Below are positions 52,026 through 60,125 of a stretch of 64,000 nucleotides of DNA, piece by piece. The stretch is taken from contig CACPNW010000001.1 in the NCBI GenBank assembly GCA_902635455.1, positions 5,214-69,213 on the forward strand. The letters run 5' to 3'. The notes beneath the pieces were generated by a model, which saw only the letters and a program-made list of their open reading frames with translations, did no database searches and was not told the DNA's origin. Source of the DNA: an uncultured Alphaproteobacteria bacterium (GTDB lineage: Bacteria; Pseudomonadota; Alphaproteobacteria; HIMB59; GCA-002718135). The translations under genes were made by a program, and so were the position numbers. How positions within the stretch are numbered: the first letter of the stretch is position 1; each line of letters begins with the position of its first letter.

Positions 52026-53195
52026 GTGTTTAATAAGAATTTTTTAATACTAACTATTTCTCAAGTATTTTCATCGACACCACCAGTAGTAACTATTTTA
52101 CTTAGCGGTATAATTGGATCAACATTAATAAATATTAAGCATTTAGCAACTTTACCTACAGGAGTTATGGTAGGCGGAGTTGCTATTAGTTCTTTAATTG
52201 CATCTAAAATAATGTCTATCAAAGGAAGAAGTTTTGGATTTTCTTTAGGAGCATTTGTAAGTACTTTAGCATCTTTATTGTGTGCTTATTCAATCTATAT
52301 ACAAAGTTTTAATATTTATTGCTTTGCAAACTTTTTTATTGGTTTTGCAATGGCATTCACTCATCAATATAGATTTGCAGTTGCAGAAATTGTAGAAAAA
52401 AAATTAATCCCAAGAGCTATTTCAATTGTTTTACTTTTATCAATTGTTGGTGCTCTATTAGGATCAAATATGGTTAATCTCACAAAGAATATTATTTCAA
52501 ATCATCTATACGTTGGTTCTTATTTATTTTTAGCATTTCTGACTATTATACCCTCAATTTTATTTATTTTTTATAAAGATAAAAATATTTTAGTAGAAAA
52601 AAAATATGTATCTAAAAAAAATATATTGGATTTACTTAAAAACCATCATATTAGACTGGCTATTACTAGTGCAGGAATAGGTTATGTAATAATGTCATTC
52701 ATAATGACTGCCACACCTATTAGTATGCATGTTTTAGATAATATAAGCTTATACAAAACAAGTATAGTTATCCAGTTGCATGTTGTAGGTATGTTTTTGC
52801 CTTCTTTATTTACTGGAGAACTTATTAAAAAATTCGGACACACTAAAATTATATATTCTGGTGTAATTATTTTTATTTTATGTATTTTTATTAACTTTAT
52901 TCATCAAAGTTATTACAATTATGCTTTTGGATTAATCCTGCTTGGAGTTGCATGGAATTTTACATTTGTTACAGGTACTAGTTTACTAGTTATTTCTTAT
53001 GACGATAATGACAGGTTTAAGGCTCAAGGCCTAAATGATTTTATTGTGTTTACCTCTCAAACAATGGGGTCTCTTTCTGCTGGATATCTTCTATATTTGA
53101 CCAATTGGCAAAATATAAATCTTTTTTGTTTGCCATTACTTTTATTAATCATTTATACTAGCTATTCAGCAAATAAAAAAAAATTATATGATTAA
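52026..53195 (+). CDS. MFS transporter
   Basis: 389 aa with about 12 TM segments. GTG start. Confidence 0.78.
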   Translation: MFNKNFLILTISQVFSSTPPVVTILLSGIIGSTLINIKHLATLPTGVMVGGVAISSLIASKIMSIKGRSFGFSLGAFVSTLASLLCAYSIYIQSFNIYCFANFFIGFAMAFTHQYRFAVAEIVEKKLIPRAISIVLLLSIVGALLGSNMVNLTKNIISNHLYVGSYLFLAFLTIIPSILFIFYKDKNILVEKKYVSKKNILDLLKNHHIRLAITSAGIGYVIMSFIMTATPISMHVLDNISLYKTSIVIQLHVVGMFLPSLFTGELIKKFGHTKIIYSGVIIFILCIFINFIHQSYYNYAFGLILLGVAWNFTFVTGTSLLVISYDDNDRFKAQGLNDFIVFTSQTMGSLSAGYLLYLTNWQNINLFCLPLLLLIIYTSYSANKKKLYD

Positions 53196-54039
53196 AAAAG
53201 TTGCATTTATTGGAGTTGGTTATATGGGCTATGGTGTAGCAAAAAATTTAATTTTAAAGAATTTTAACCTTAAAGTCATAGCCCATAAAAATAAAAAACC
53301 TATAGATAAATTAAAAAAAATTGGAGCTATTGAAGTCGATAATTATGATGATCTTTTAAAAGATATTGATTGTTTATTCTTGTGTGTAACCAACACCCCT
53401 ATAGCAATAAGTATTGCAAAAGAAATAAAAGCAAAAACTAAAGAAGGACTTTTAGTTATTGATATAACTACACACAACAAAGACGGATCATTAAAAATGA
53501 AAGAAATATTTGGAAATCAGATTAAATATTTGGAATCACCAGTTATGGGCGGTCCTGTCCAAGCAGAAGAGGGGGTTTTAGGGGGAATCATAGGTTCATC
53601 TAAGGCTGATTATGAAGATGCTAAAATATATCTCGATGCATTTTGTAAAAATCATTTTTATTTTGGACCTGTGGGTATGGGTGCAAAAACAAAATTAATT
53701 TGTAATTTTCTATCTTTAGGCACTACAACTTTTGTTATAGAAACAATAAAAGCTGTTGAGAATTTAAATATTGATTTGGAAAAATTTTACTCAGTAGCAA
53801 AATTAGGTTCTGGTAATTCAGGTGCTTTATCTAGAGTTGCTGAAAATGCTATAAAGGGTGATTATAAAGGTTATATATTTTCTGTTAATAATGTAGTCAA
53901 AGATTTAAACTATATACACGAATTAATATCAGATATGCCAAATGCCGAAAAACTAACATCATTAAGTAAATCTTTTTATGAAAATGCAAAATTAAATGGT
54001 TATGGTGATTTGTTAGTAAGTGAGCTAGTTAAGAAATAA
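53188..54039 (+). CDS. NAD(P)-dependent oxidoreductase, 3-hydroxyisobutyrate dehydrogenase family
   Basis: Rossmann VAFIGVGYMG and a catalytic-region pattern GMGAKTKLICN. It is a paralog type of 26487-27434. Confidence 0.8.
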   Translation: MIKKVAFIGVGYMGYGVAKNLILKNFNLKVIAHKNKKPIDKLKKIGAIEVDNYDDLLKDIDCLFLCVTNTPIAISIAKEIKAKTKEGLLVIDITTHNKDGSLKMKEIFGNQIKYLESPVMGGPVQAEEGVLGGIIGSSKADYEDAKIYLDAFCKNHFYFGPVGMGAKTKLICNFLSLGTTTFVIETIKAVENLNIDLEKFYSVAKLGSGNSGALSRVAENAIKGDYKGYIFSVNNVVKDLNYIHELISDMPNAEKLTSLSKSFYENAKLNGYGDLLVSELVKK

Positions 54040-54044
54040 TTTTA

Positions 54045-54224
54045 ATGGATACATTCGTTCCAATTATTTATTTATTAGGTGTTTTTTTATTAATTTTACC
54101 CTCCTTTTTATCTTCTAATAATAAATTAAAAATTTTAATTACAAATTTTTCTATTTGGGTAGCAATAATATTGGTCTTACTAACACTCTATTACATATAC
54201 AATTATTTTTTTAATAATTTTTAA
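54045..54224 (+). CDS. unlisted 59-aa two-TM membrane protein
   Basis: ATG 54045 to TAA 54222-54224 encodes MDTFVPIIYLLGVFLLILPSFLSSNNKLKILITNFSIWVAIILVLLTLYYIYNYFFNNF. Its stop overlaps the ATG of the next gene (TAATG), and it fills an otherwise anomalous 184-nt gap. Confidence 0.45.
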   Translation: MDTFVPIIYLLGVFLLILPSFLSSNNKLKILITNFSIWVAIILVLLTLYYIYNYFFNNF

Positions 54225-55111
54225 TGAATAAAAAAATATTAGCTATACTGCTTGTTATAATTGCAACATTTTTTGGAACACTTATGGGAGTTTTTTTAAA
54301 AATTGCCCAAGCAGAAATTAACGTATTTACTGCCGGATTTTTAAGATTCTTTTTAGGCTTATTATTTATTCTTCCTTTTATTTTATATACAAAATTTAAA
54401 GTTTATAAAACTGCTCATCTTAAATTACATCTTCTACGTGGAATAATAAATTTACCAATGATGTATCTAGGCTTTGGGTCTTTAGTGTATATTTCATTAG
54501 AGCAATTTAATGCTATACATTTTATTGTGCCCTTAATAGTTACTCTACTTGCAGTAATTATTTTAAAAGAAAGAATATATTTTATTCGGATATCTGCCTT
54601 AATTATTGGATTTTTAGGAATGTTAATTATGTTACGACCTGGTATTATTGAAATGAATATAGGTGTCTATATGATTCTTGCATCATGTTTGATGTGGTCT
54701 TTAATTATTATTATTTCAAAATCATTATCAAAAGATGAGAGCCCAATAACAATTTTGACATATCAGTATTCTTTTATGTCACTATTTACATTTTTTGTTG
54801 CTTTATTTTATTGGGAAACACCTTCATATATGATTTGGAGTTATATGTTTTTATCTGCTATCTGCGGTACTGTTTTTCATATAGCATTGAATTATTCTTA
54901 TAAATTAGTAGACTTATCAGCAACTCAGCCTATTACTTTTTTTGGATTAATTTGGGGATCTTTATTAGGCTACTATGTTTTTAATGATAGGCCAGATTTT
55001 TTTACTTGGATAGGTGGTATATTTATTTTTTCGGGAGTTTTGATAATCACATATAGAGAATCTTATCTTAAAAAAAATATTGCAAAGCAATCTCTTCCAG
55101 TTAAATCATAA
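54224..55111 (+). CDS. DMT-superfamily (EamA) transporter
   Basis: 295 aa with 10 TM segments. Confidence 0.85.
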   Translation: MNKKILAILLVIIATFFGTLMGVFLKIAQAEINVFTAGFLRFFLGLLFILPFILYTKFKVYKTAHLKLHLLRGIINLPMMYLGFGSLVYISLEQFNAIHFIVPLIVTLLAVIILKERIYFIRISALIIGFLGMLIMLRPGIIEMNIGVYMILASCLMWSLIIIISKSLSKDESPITILTYQYSFMSLFTFFVALFYWETPSYMIWSYMFLSAICGTVFHIALNYSYKLVDLSATQPITFFGLIWGSLLGYYVFNDRPDFFTWIGGIFIFSGVLIITYRESYLKKNIAKQSLPVKS

Positions 55112-55113
55112 AT

Positions 55114-55599
55114 TTATTCAACTATATCCACAATACTTCCTTTTGATAACTCAACTAGTTTATTAAATTCTATTCCAAAAACTACATGTGGATGACCTGC
55201 AGCAGCATAAACTGTTTTATATCTCTCTAATTGTTTATCTATGAAAATTCCTTTTGGTTTATTAATATGTGCAAATGGACTTACTCCCCCAATAGAAAAT
55301 CCTGTATTAAATTTAACTTCATCAGCATTAGCCTTATTTATAACGTCATTTATTAAATATGAAAACTTCTCAAGAGATAAATATTGATCTCCAGAAACTA
55401 GACATAAGTAAAAATTGTTTTTAGAATCTTTAAAAGAAAGACTTTTAACAATAGCCCCAACTTGTTGATTCAATGATTTGGCAGCATCTTCAGCCGATCT
55501 TGCAGTATCTTCTAATTCAATTAATTCTATATCTGGTAAATTATTATTAAGAAATTCTTTTACCCTAATAACACTTTTTTTTTGTAATAAATTATTCAT
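55114..55599 (-). CDS. YbaK/EbsC-type aminoacyl-tRNA deacylase domain protein
   Basis: 161 aa with KSL-F, GGVSPF and a conserved Lys region typical of YbaK/ProX editing domains. Confidence 0.75.
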   Translation of the reverse strand: MNNLLQKKSVIRVKEFLNNNLPDIELIELEDTARSAEDAAKSLNQQVGAIVKSLSFKDSKNNFYLCLVSGDQYLSLEKFSYLINDVINKANADEVKFNTGFSIGGVSPFAHINKPKGIFIDKQLERYKTVYAAAGHPHVVFGIEFNKLVELSKGSIVDIVE

Positions 55600-55675
55600 T
55601 TAATTTTAATAATGAATAATATATTAATTTAAATATATAAATTCTATTATAAAATAGAAAAGGGAGTATAATTTT

Positions 55676-56086
55676 ATGGCAGATTTTGGAAATACTTTTT
55701 ATTTAATTATTTTTATAATTAATTTACTTGGTTTAATTTATTACGCTTACTTAACTTATTTAAATCCAAAACAATTAATTAATGATTATGAAGCAGGAGA
55801 TGATTCTATTGTATTTATAAGAGTAATAGGTTCATTTGTTTTATCTTATGTTGTAATAGGAATTATTTTACTATTTACTTCAATCAATGGAGCTTGGATC
55901 TATTTTGTATCTGGACTTATGATATCCGCTTTTCAATTAATATATGATCTTGGTTCTAGAATGAAAATAATTGATAGTAATTATAAAGTTATTAATAAAA
56001 ATTCTGATACAATTATAGCTATTTTATTTATTGTTATAAATGTAATTTTAATTTCTGGACTTTCAGATAAGATTTATTATCATTAA
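55676..56086 (+). CDS. 4-TM membrane protein, unknown family (paralog A)
   Basis: 136 aa. It shares the QLIYDL and GLS-x-KIY motifs and its topology with the next gene. Confidence 0.5.
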   Translation: MADFGNTFYLIIFIINLLGLIYYAYLTYLNPKQLINDYEAGDDSIVFIRVIGSFVLSYVVIGIILLFTSINGAWIYFVSGLMISAFQLIYDLGSRMKIIDSNYKVINKNSDTIIAILFIVINVILISGLSDKIYYH

Positions 56087-56109
56087 TAAAATTAATTTTA
56101 AAAAAAAAG

Positions 56110-56134
56110 AGCTGGGTGTTAACTCAGCTTTTTT
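56110..56134. terminator. rho-independent terminator (A-run/T-run flanked)
   Basis: Stem AGCTGGG/CTCAGCT (one G-T wobble) with loop TGTTAA, preceded by A8 and followed by a T run. Confidence 0.65.
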
Positions 56135-56176
56135 AATATTTAATTCATTTTTTTGTTTAATTTAACAAAATTATAA

Positions 56177-56629
56177 TTGGAATTAATTAAGGTAGGTATA
56201 TATAGTATTTATATGATAGAAAATTTTAACAATATTTACTTATTAATTTTACATATTTTAATTCAAATTTTACTTGGTTTTTATCTTATTAGAATAATTT
56301 TTTCTCCAGAAGGAATGGTTAAAGAATTTAATGTAGATAAAAGTGGCATACTTCCAATGAGATATGTTGGAACATTTGCATTTGGTTTAGTTTTTATGGG
56401 AATATATATATTATTTAGACCAAATGGCCCTGAAGGAACTTGGGTATATTATAATTTATTTTTTATCATAACTGGATCTCAATTAATTTATGATTTGTTA
56501 TTCTATTTTAAATTAATAGATAAAGATATAGGTGCTAAAAATAGTCTAGTTGACATTTTTGTTTCAATGTTTGCAACTATTGTATCAATAATATTGATTT
56601 TTGGTCTTTCAAATAAAATTTATATTTAA
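56177..56629 (+). CDS. 4-TM membrane protein, unknown family (paralog B)
   Basis: The ORF track starts at 56177; ATG 56213 (MIENFNN...) is more likely. It carries the same QLIYDL and GLSNKIY motifs as paralog A. Confidence 0.5.
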   Translation: MELIKVGIYSIYMIENFNNIYLLILHILIQILLGFYLIRIIFSPEGMVKEFNVDKSGILPMRYVGTFAFGLVFMGIYILFRPNGPEGTWVYYNLFFIITGSQLIYDLLFYFKLIDKDIGAKNSLVDIFVSMFATIVSIILIFGLSNKIYI

Positions 56630-56640
56630 TTAAAAATTAA

Positions 56641-57063
56641 ATGATAATCATAATTGTTAAATTCATACATTATCTAGCAATTGTTTTTTCTGGCGGTGTT
56701 TTAGTTGGTAGTGGGGTAATTCAATCTGTTTATACTAGAGCAAATCAAATTCCAGATACTCATGTTTCTAGAATATTAAAATTGTTAGGATACTTTGGGT
56801 TAATATCTTTGATTATTTTATGGATAACTGGAATATTATTATCAAATATTATTTATGGAGGTTTTTCTATAAACAGTGCATTTACCATTAAAATGATTGC
56901 AGCAGGTTTACTACTAGGTTTATCTATTTTTGTAAATTTATATGTTTTCAATGTTTCTAACAAAAAAATTCCACCAAATAAAACAATTATGAAAATTGCA
57001 ACAATGAGTGGAAGGGGTTTATTAGTTATAGTTTTAATTGCAGCAGCAACTGCATTTTATTAA
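56641..57063 (+). CDS. 4-TM membrane protein, unknown function
   Basis: 140 aa with four hydrophobic segments and no motif I recognised. Confidence 0.45.
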   Translation: MIIIIVKFIHYLAIVFSGGVLVGSGVIQSVYTRANQIPDTHVSRILKLLGYFGLISLIILWITGILLSNIIYGGFSINSAFTIKMIAAGLLLGLSIFVNLYVFNVSNKKIPPNKTIMKIATMSGRGLLVIVLIAAATAFY

Positions 57064-57073
57064 ATTTTAAAAG

Positions 57074-58141
57074 CTATATTTTTTTTGCTATACTTATTTC
57101 TTTAATATCAGTAATTTTTGTATATCTATCAATCATTTGAGTAGTTTTATGGCCACTCATTTTCATTATTTCATGCGTAGGTACACCATTCATCCTTGCT
57201 TGAGTTATTGATCCAATTCTTAAGCTATGACCTGAAATTTTATTACAATCATTTAAGCCTGCTGCTTCAGCTCTTTTCTTTAAAATTAAAACAAAACTTG
57301 TATCAGTTAAACTTATTTTCTCATTGTTTTCGTTAAGTTCATATTTTCTAATAGAGTTAGCTTTATCAATTCGATAGAAAAGGGGGCCAGTGTTAATCAT
57401 TGATATTTCTAACCAATCATTCAATGCTCTAACTGGACAGTATAATGCCTCTGTATCATCTTTTTTTTGCAAAAATATAACCCTACCTTCACCTTTTTGA
57501 TCTGTTTTAGAAAATGGAATCATAATTTGAATACCTTCGCTATCAAAAGTTAAATGATCATATCTCATGCCAAGTAATTCAGACCTTCTGCAAAAACTAA
57601 AATAACCTACTAATATTAGTGCTTTATCTCTAATATTTTTATAATCATCTTTATTTTCAGGGATTGAGTCTATAATCTGCTCAATATCTTTTCTTAAAAG
57701 CTCTTTTGCTTGTCCAATTTTATTGTTCTTTTCATCTCTAACAATAGCACTAATGGTTTCTGATATGCTTGGATTTTTTCTATCAAACTGAAAACCTCCT
57801 AATCGATATTTGTATGTTATTGATGCTAGTATTCTTTGTATTGTTGAAGCTTTATATGCTGAGGAAGAGTAGGGGTTATTATTTATTTTCTCTCTTCCTG
57901 GAATATTGCTTGAACCCTTAAGTATTTTAGCCTCAGGATCTTCATGTAACCAGTGCATATAGTTTGCTGTCAACGAATAGGCGCTATCTAAGTCATCTAC
58001 CTCTAAAGGTTCACAGTTGTACTTGTTTTTACAATAATCAATAAATTTAAGCCAATCCCCATGATATTTATCTTTTGTATTTTTAGCCTTAGATTTTTCT
58101 CTAAGTTTGCTAACTTTGTCATTTAATGATATTTTAACCAT
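57074..58141 (-). CDS. tyrosine-type site-specific recombinase, Cre-like
   Basis: Catalytic-type residues lie in CRRSEL (Arg), GHSLRIG (HxxR), SGHKT (His) and IDRYT (Tyr). The N-terminal core-binding domain and overall spacing resemble Cre-type recombinases. Confidence 0.88.
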   Translation of the reverse strand: MVKISLNDKVSKLREKSKAKNTKDKYHGDWLKFIDYCKNKYNCEPLEVDDLDSAYSLTANYMHWLHEDPEAKILKGSSNIPGREKINNNPYSSSAYKASTIQRILASITYKYRLGGFQFDRKNPSISETISAIVRDEKNNKIGQAKELLRKDIEQIIDSIPENKDDYKNIRDKALILVGYFSFCRRSELLGMRYDHLTFDSEGIQIMIPFSKTDQKGEGRVIFLQKKDDTEALYCPVRALNDWLEISMINTGPLFYRIDKANSIRKYELNENNEKISLTDTSFVLILKKRAEAAGLNDCNKISGHSLRIGSITQARMNGVPTHEIMKMSGHKTTQMIDRYTKITDIKEISIAKKI

Positions 58142-58150
58142 ATCTATATA

Positions 58151-58174
58151 TTACGATAATTACAGTTATCGTAA
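58151..58174. repeat. 9-6-9 perfect inverted repeat (candidate recombinase core site or operator)
   Basis: TTACGATAA ttacag TTATCGTAA begins 10 nt upstream of the recombinase ATG. The spacer is asymmetric. Confidence 0.5.
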
Positions 58175-58295
58175 ATAATAGTCAAGTTAATATTATTATT
58201 ATATATATTTCAGTAACTTATGATTATTATCTAATTAATATTATCAGACTATAACCTAGATATAGATTTTCACGTGTAATAAAATACTGTATATA

Positions 58296-59030
58296 GTGTG
58301 TAAAATGATAGAATTACCTAAGATTTCTGCGAATTCCCATATCTTTGTATTAACTGGTGCAGGTATAAGTAAAGAGTCTGGTATTGAAACATTTAGAGAT
58401 AATGATAGTCTTTGGAGTAATCATAGAATTCAAGATGTTGCTAGTACTGAGGGATTTGATAGTAACCCTACTCTTGTCTATGATTTTTATAATAAACGTA
58501 GAAAAGAACTAAATTCAGGAATTGAGCCAAATAGGGCTCATATTTTACTTGCTGAATTACAAAAATTATTAAATATCAATATAATAACACAAAATATTGA
58601 TAATTTACATGAGAAAGCAGGAAGTTCATCCATTATTCATATGCATGGAGAGTTAAATAAAGCTAGATGCATTATGAATGATAGTCATGTCTTTAATTGG
58701 TTTGAGGATCTAAATGAGACCCATAGATGCCCTGAATGTAACTATCAAATGCGTCCTCACATTGTGTGGTTTGGTGAGATACCTCTTCAAATGGAAGATA
58801 TTCATGATTTAGCAGAGCAATCTGCCCTCTTCGTCTCAATTGGTACATCCGGTGAAGTTTATCCTGCTGCAGCAGGCTACGTTACTATGTTCAAAGATAT
58901 GCGTAAGCCAACTGTTGAACTAAATTTAGAGCCATCTTGTAATCAAGATCAATTTGATTTTGCAATTCATAAACCTGCAACAGTTGCTATTGAAGAATTT
59001 AAAGATTTATTAATTAAAAATATTAAATAA
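58296..59030 (+). CDS. cobB: NAD-dependent protein deacylase, canonical sirtuin (CobB-like)
   Basis: GAGISKESGIETFR, TQNIDNLH, catalytic His in IHMHGEL, zinc-ribbon remnant RC...CPEC and VWFGE. The likely start is ATG 58305. Confidence 0.85.
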   Translation: MCKMIELPKISANSHIFVLTGAGISKESGIETFRDNDSLWSNHRIQDVASTEGFDSNPTLVYDFYNKRRKELNSGIEPNRAHILLAELQKLLNINIITQNIDNLHEKAGSSSIIHMHGELNKARCIMNDSHVFNWFEDLNETHRCPECNYQMRPHIVWFGEIPLQMEDIHDLAEQSALFVSIGTSGEVYPAAAGYVTMFKDMRKPTVELNLEPSCNQDQFDFAIHKPATVAIEEFKDLLIKNIK

Positions 59031-59095
59031 TTTTTATTAAGGTTATTAAATTTTTTTAAACGATAAAATTTTTTACTAAAATAATGGAATTTGTT

Positions 59096-59500
59096 TTAAT
59101 CTTCTGGTCTGATATCTTTTATTATTAACTCAATATCTAAATCAAAATATCTAATAACTTCTTTGATTTTTCTTATGTGTTTTTCAGAATTACCTTTTCT
59201 GATTAATAATAAAATACCTGGTTTTTTATCTGTTTGAGAGGCATAATATAATGATTGTCCTATTGCCTCATAAACTTTCATACCGTCTGCCCAGTCAACT
59301 TCAAATACATGAGTTTCCGTAAGACAATCTACTCTTGATTTATCTTCTAAAGCATAATCAGCATGACCTGACATTTCTTCACAAAATTTTTCACTATAAT
59401 AAGTTTCTTTCTGAATTGCATAAGATGAAAATGATAGAACGCAAAAAAATAATAATAGAAATATTTTTTTTATGAATTTTATCAAAATTACTTTATTCAA
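59096..59500 (-). CDS. secreted hypothetical protein, possible PD-(D/E)xK-like fold
   Basis: The tracked ORF (to 59599) overlaps the upstream gene. TTG 59500, 1 nt after that gene's TAA, gives a 134-aa protein with signal peptide NKVILIKFIKKIFLLLFFCVLSFSSYA. The mature part contains RVDCLT...FEVDWADGMKVYEAIGQSLYY. Confidence 0.5.
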   Translation of the reverse strand: MNKVILIKFIKKIFLLLFFCVLSFSSYAIQKETYYSEKFCEEMSGHADYALEDKSRVDCLTETHVFEVDWADGMKVYEAIGQSLYYASQTDKKPGILLLIRKGNSEKHIRKIKEVIRYFDLDIELIIKDIRPED

Positions 59501-59501
59501 A

Positions 59502-60125
59502 TTAGTTTCTAAAATTGCAATAAGATTTAGCTTTATCAAAGTCAGTTTTTTTGACTGCCCTGGTATTAATTGGTGCCGGATAAGGTTTAGATTTACCATT
59601 TTTATTCATTAATCTTACCCAAACACTATCTTTATTTATAAAGTAACAAAATTGCTGGTATGGATAATCTATTTTATCTGGTTTAAATTTATAACCGGTA
59701 TAAATATTTGCAATAAAACCATTGGATAAAGTCAATTTTCTATCTTGAAAGACAATAAATTCTTCATTTACTTGATTTGGATTCATTTTATTTTGTTCAT
59801 TAAACTTTTTTTGATCTTTAATTATTTTCTCTAACTTATTAATATCCTCTCTTAAATTATAATTTGTAGTATTATATGTTTGGTCTCCATCAACCTTTAT
59901 AATCTGACTTGGTTTTTCAGTATAGAACCAATAGGCTAAACTTAGTAAAAAAACTAAGAGCCCGAGACTAATTAAAAATAAGGTTATATATATTAAATTT
60001 CTCTTTAAGATTTGAGAAGATCTATAACGACGAATTTGTTTTACACGTCTTTGTTCTTCAATAACAAAATTATTTACAGCACTAAAGTCGCTATCTACAC
60101 TTTCAGGTATGTTTGTTTCATTCAT
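59502..60125 (-). CDS. bitopic membrane protein, unknown function
   Basis: 207 aa with a basic N-terminus (RRVKQIRRYRSSQILKR), a single TM (LIYITLFLISLGLLVFLLSLAYWFY) and a C-terminal domain of about 135 aa. ATGA overlap with the upstream gene. Confidence 0.55.
   Translation of the reverse strand: MNETNIPESVDSDFSAVNNFVIEEQRRVKQIRRYRSSQILKRNLIYITLFLISLGLLVFLLSLAYWFYTEKPSQIIKVDGDQTYNTTNYNLREDINKLEKIIKDQKKFNEQNKMNPNQVNEEFIVFQDRKLTLSNGFIANIYTGYKFKPDKIDYPYQQFCYFINKDSVWVRLMNKNGKSKPYPAPINTRAVKKTDFDKAKSYCNFRN

Noticed and set aside
58296-59030. SIR2 gene as a stand-alone NAD-depleting defense effector (Thoeris ThsA, DSR, SIR2-HerA)
   Set aside because: The protein is short (about 240 aa) and retains full sirtuin catalytic and zinc-ribbon motifs. 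It has no SLOG, TIR, HerA, Ago or STAND partner in the window. I keep it only as a lower-interest linkage question.
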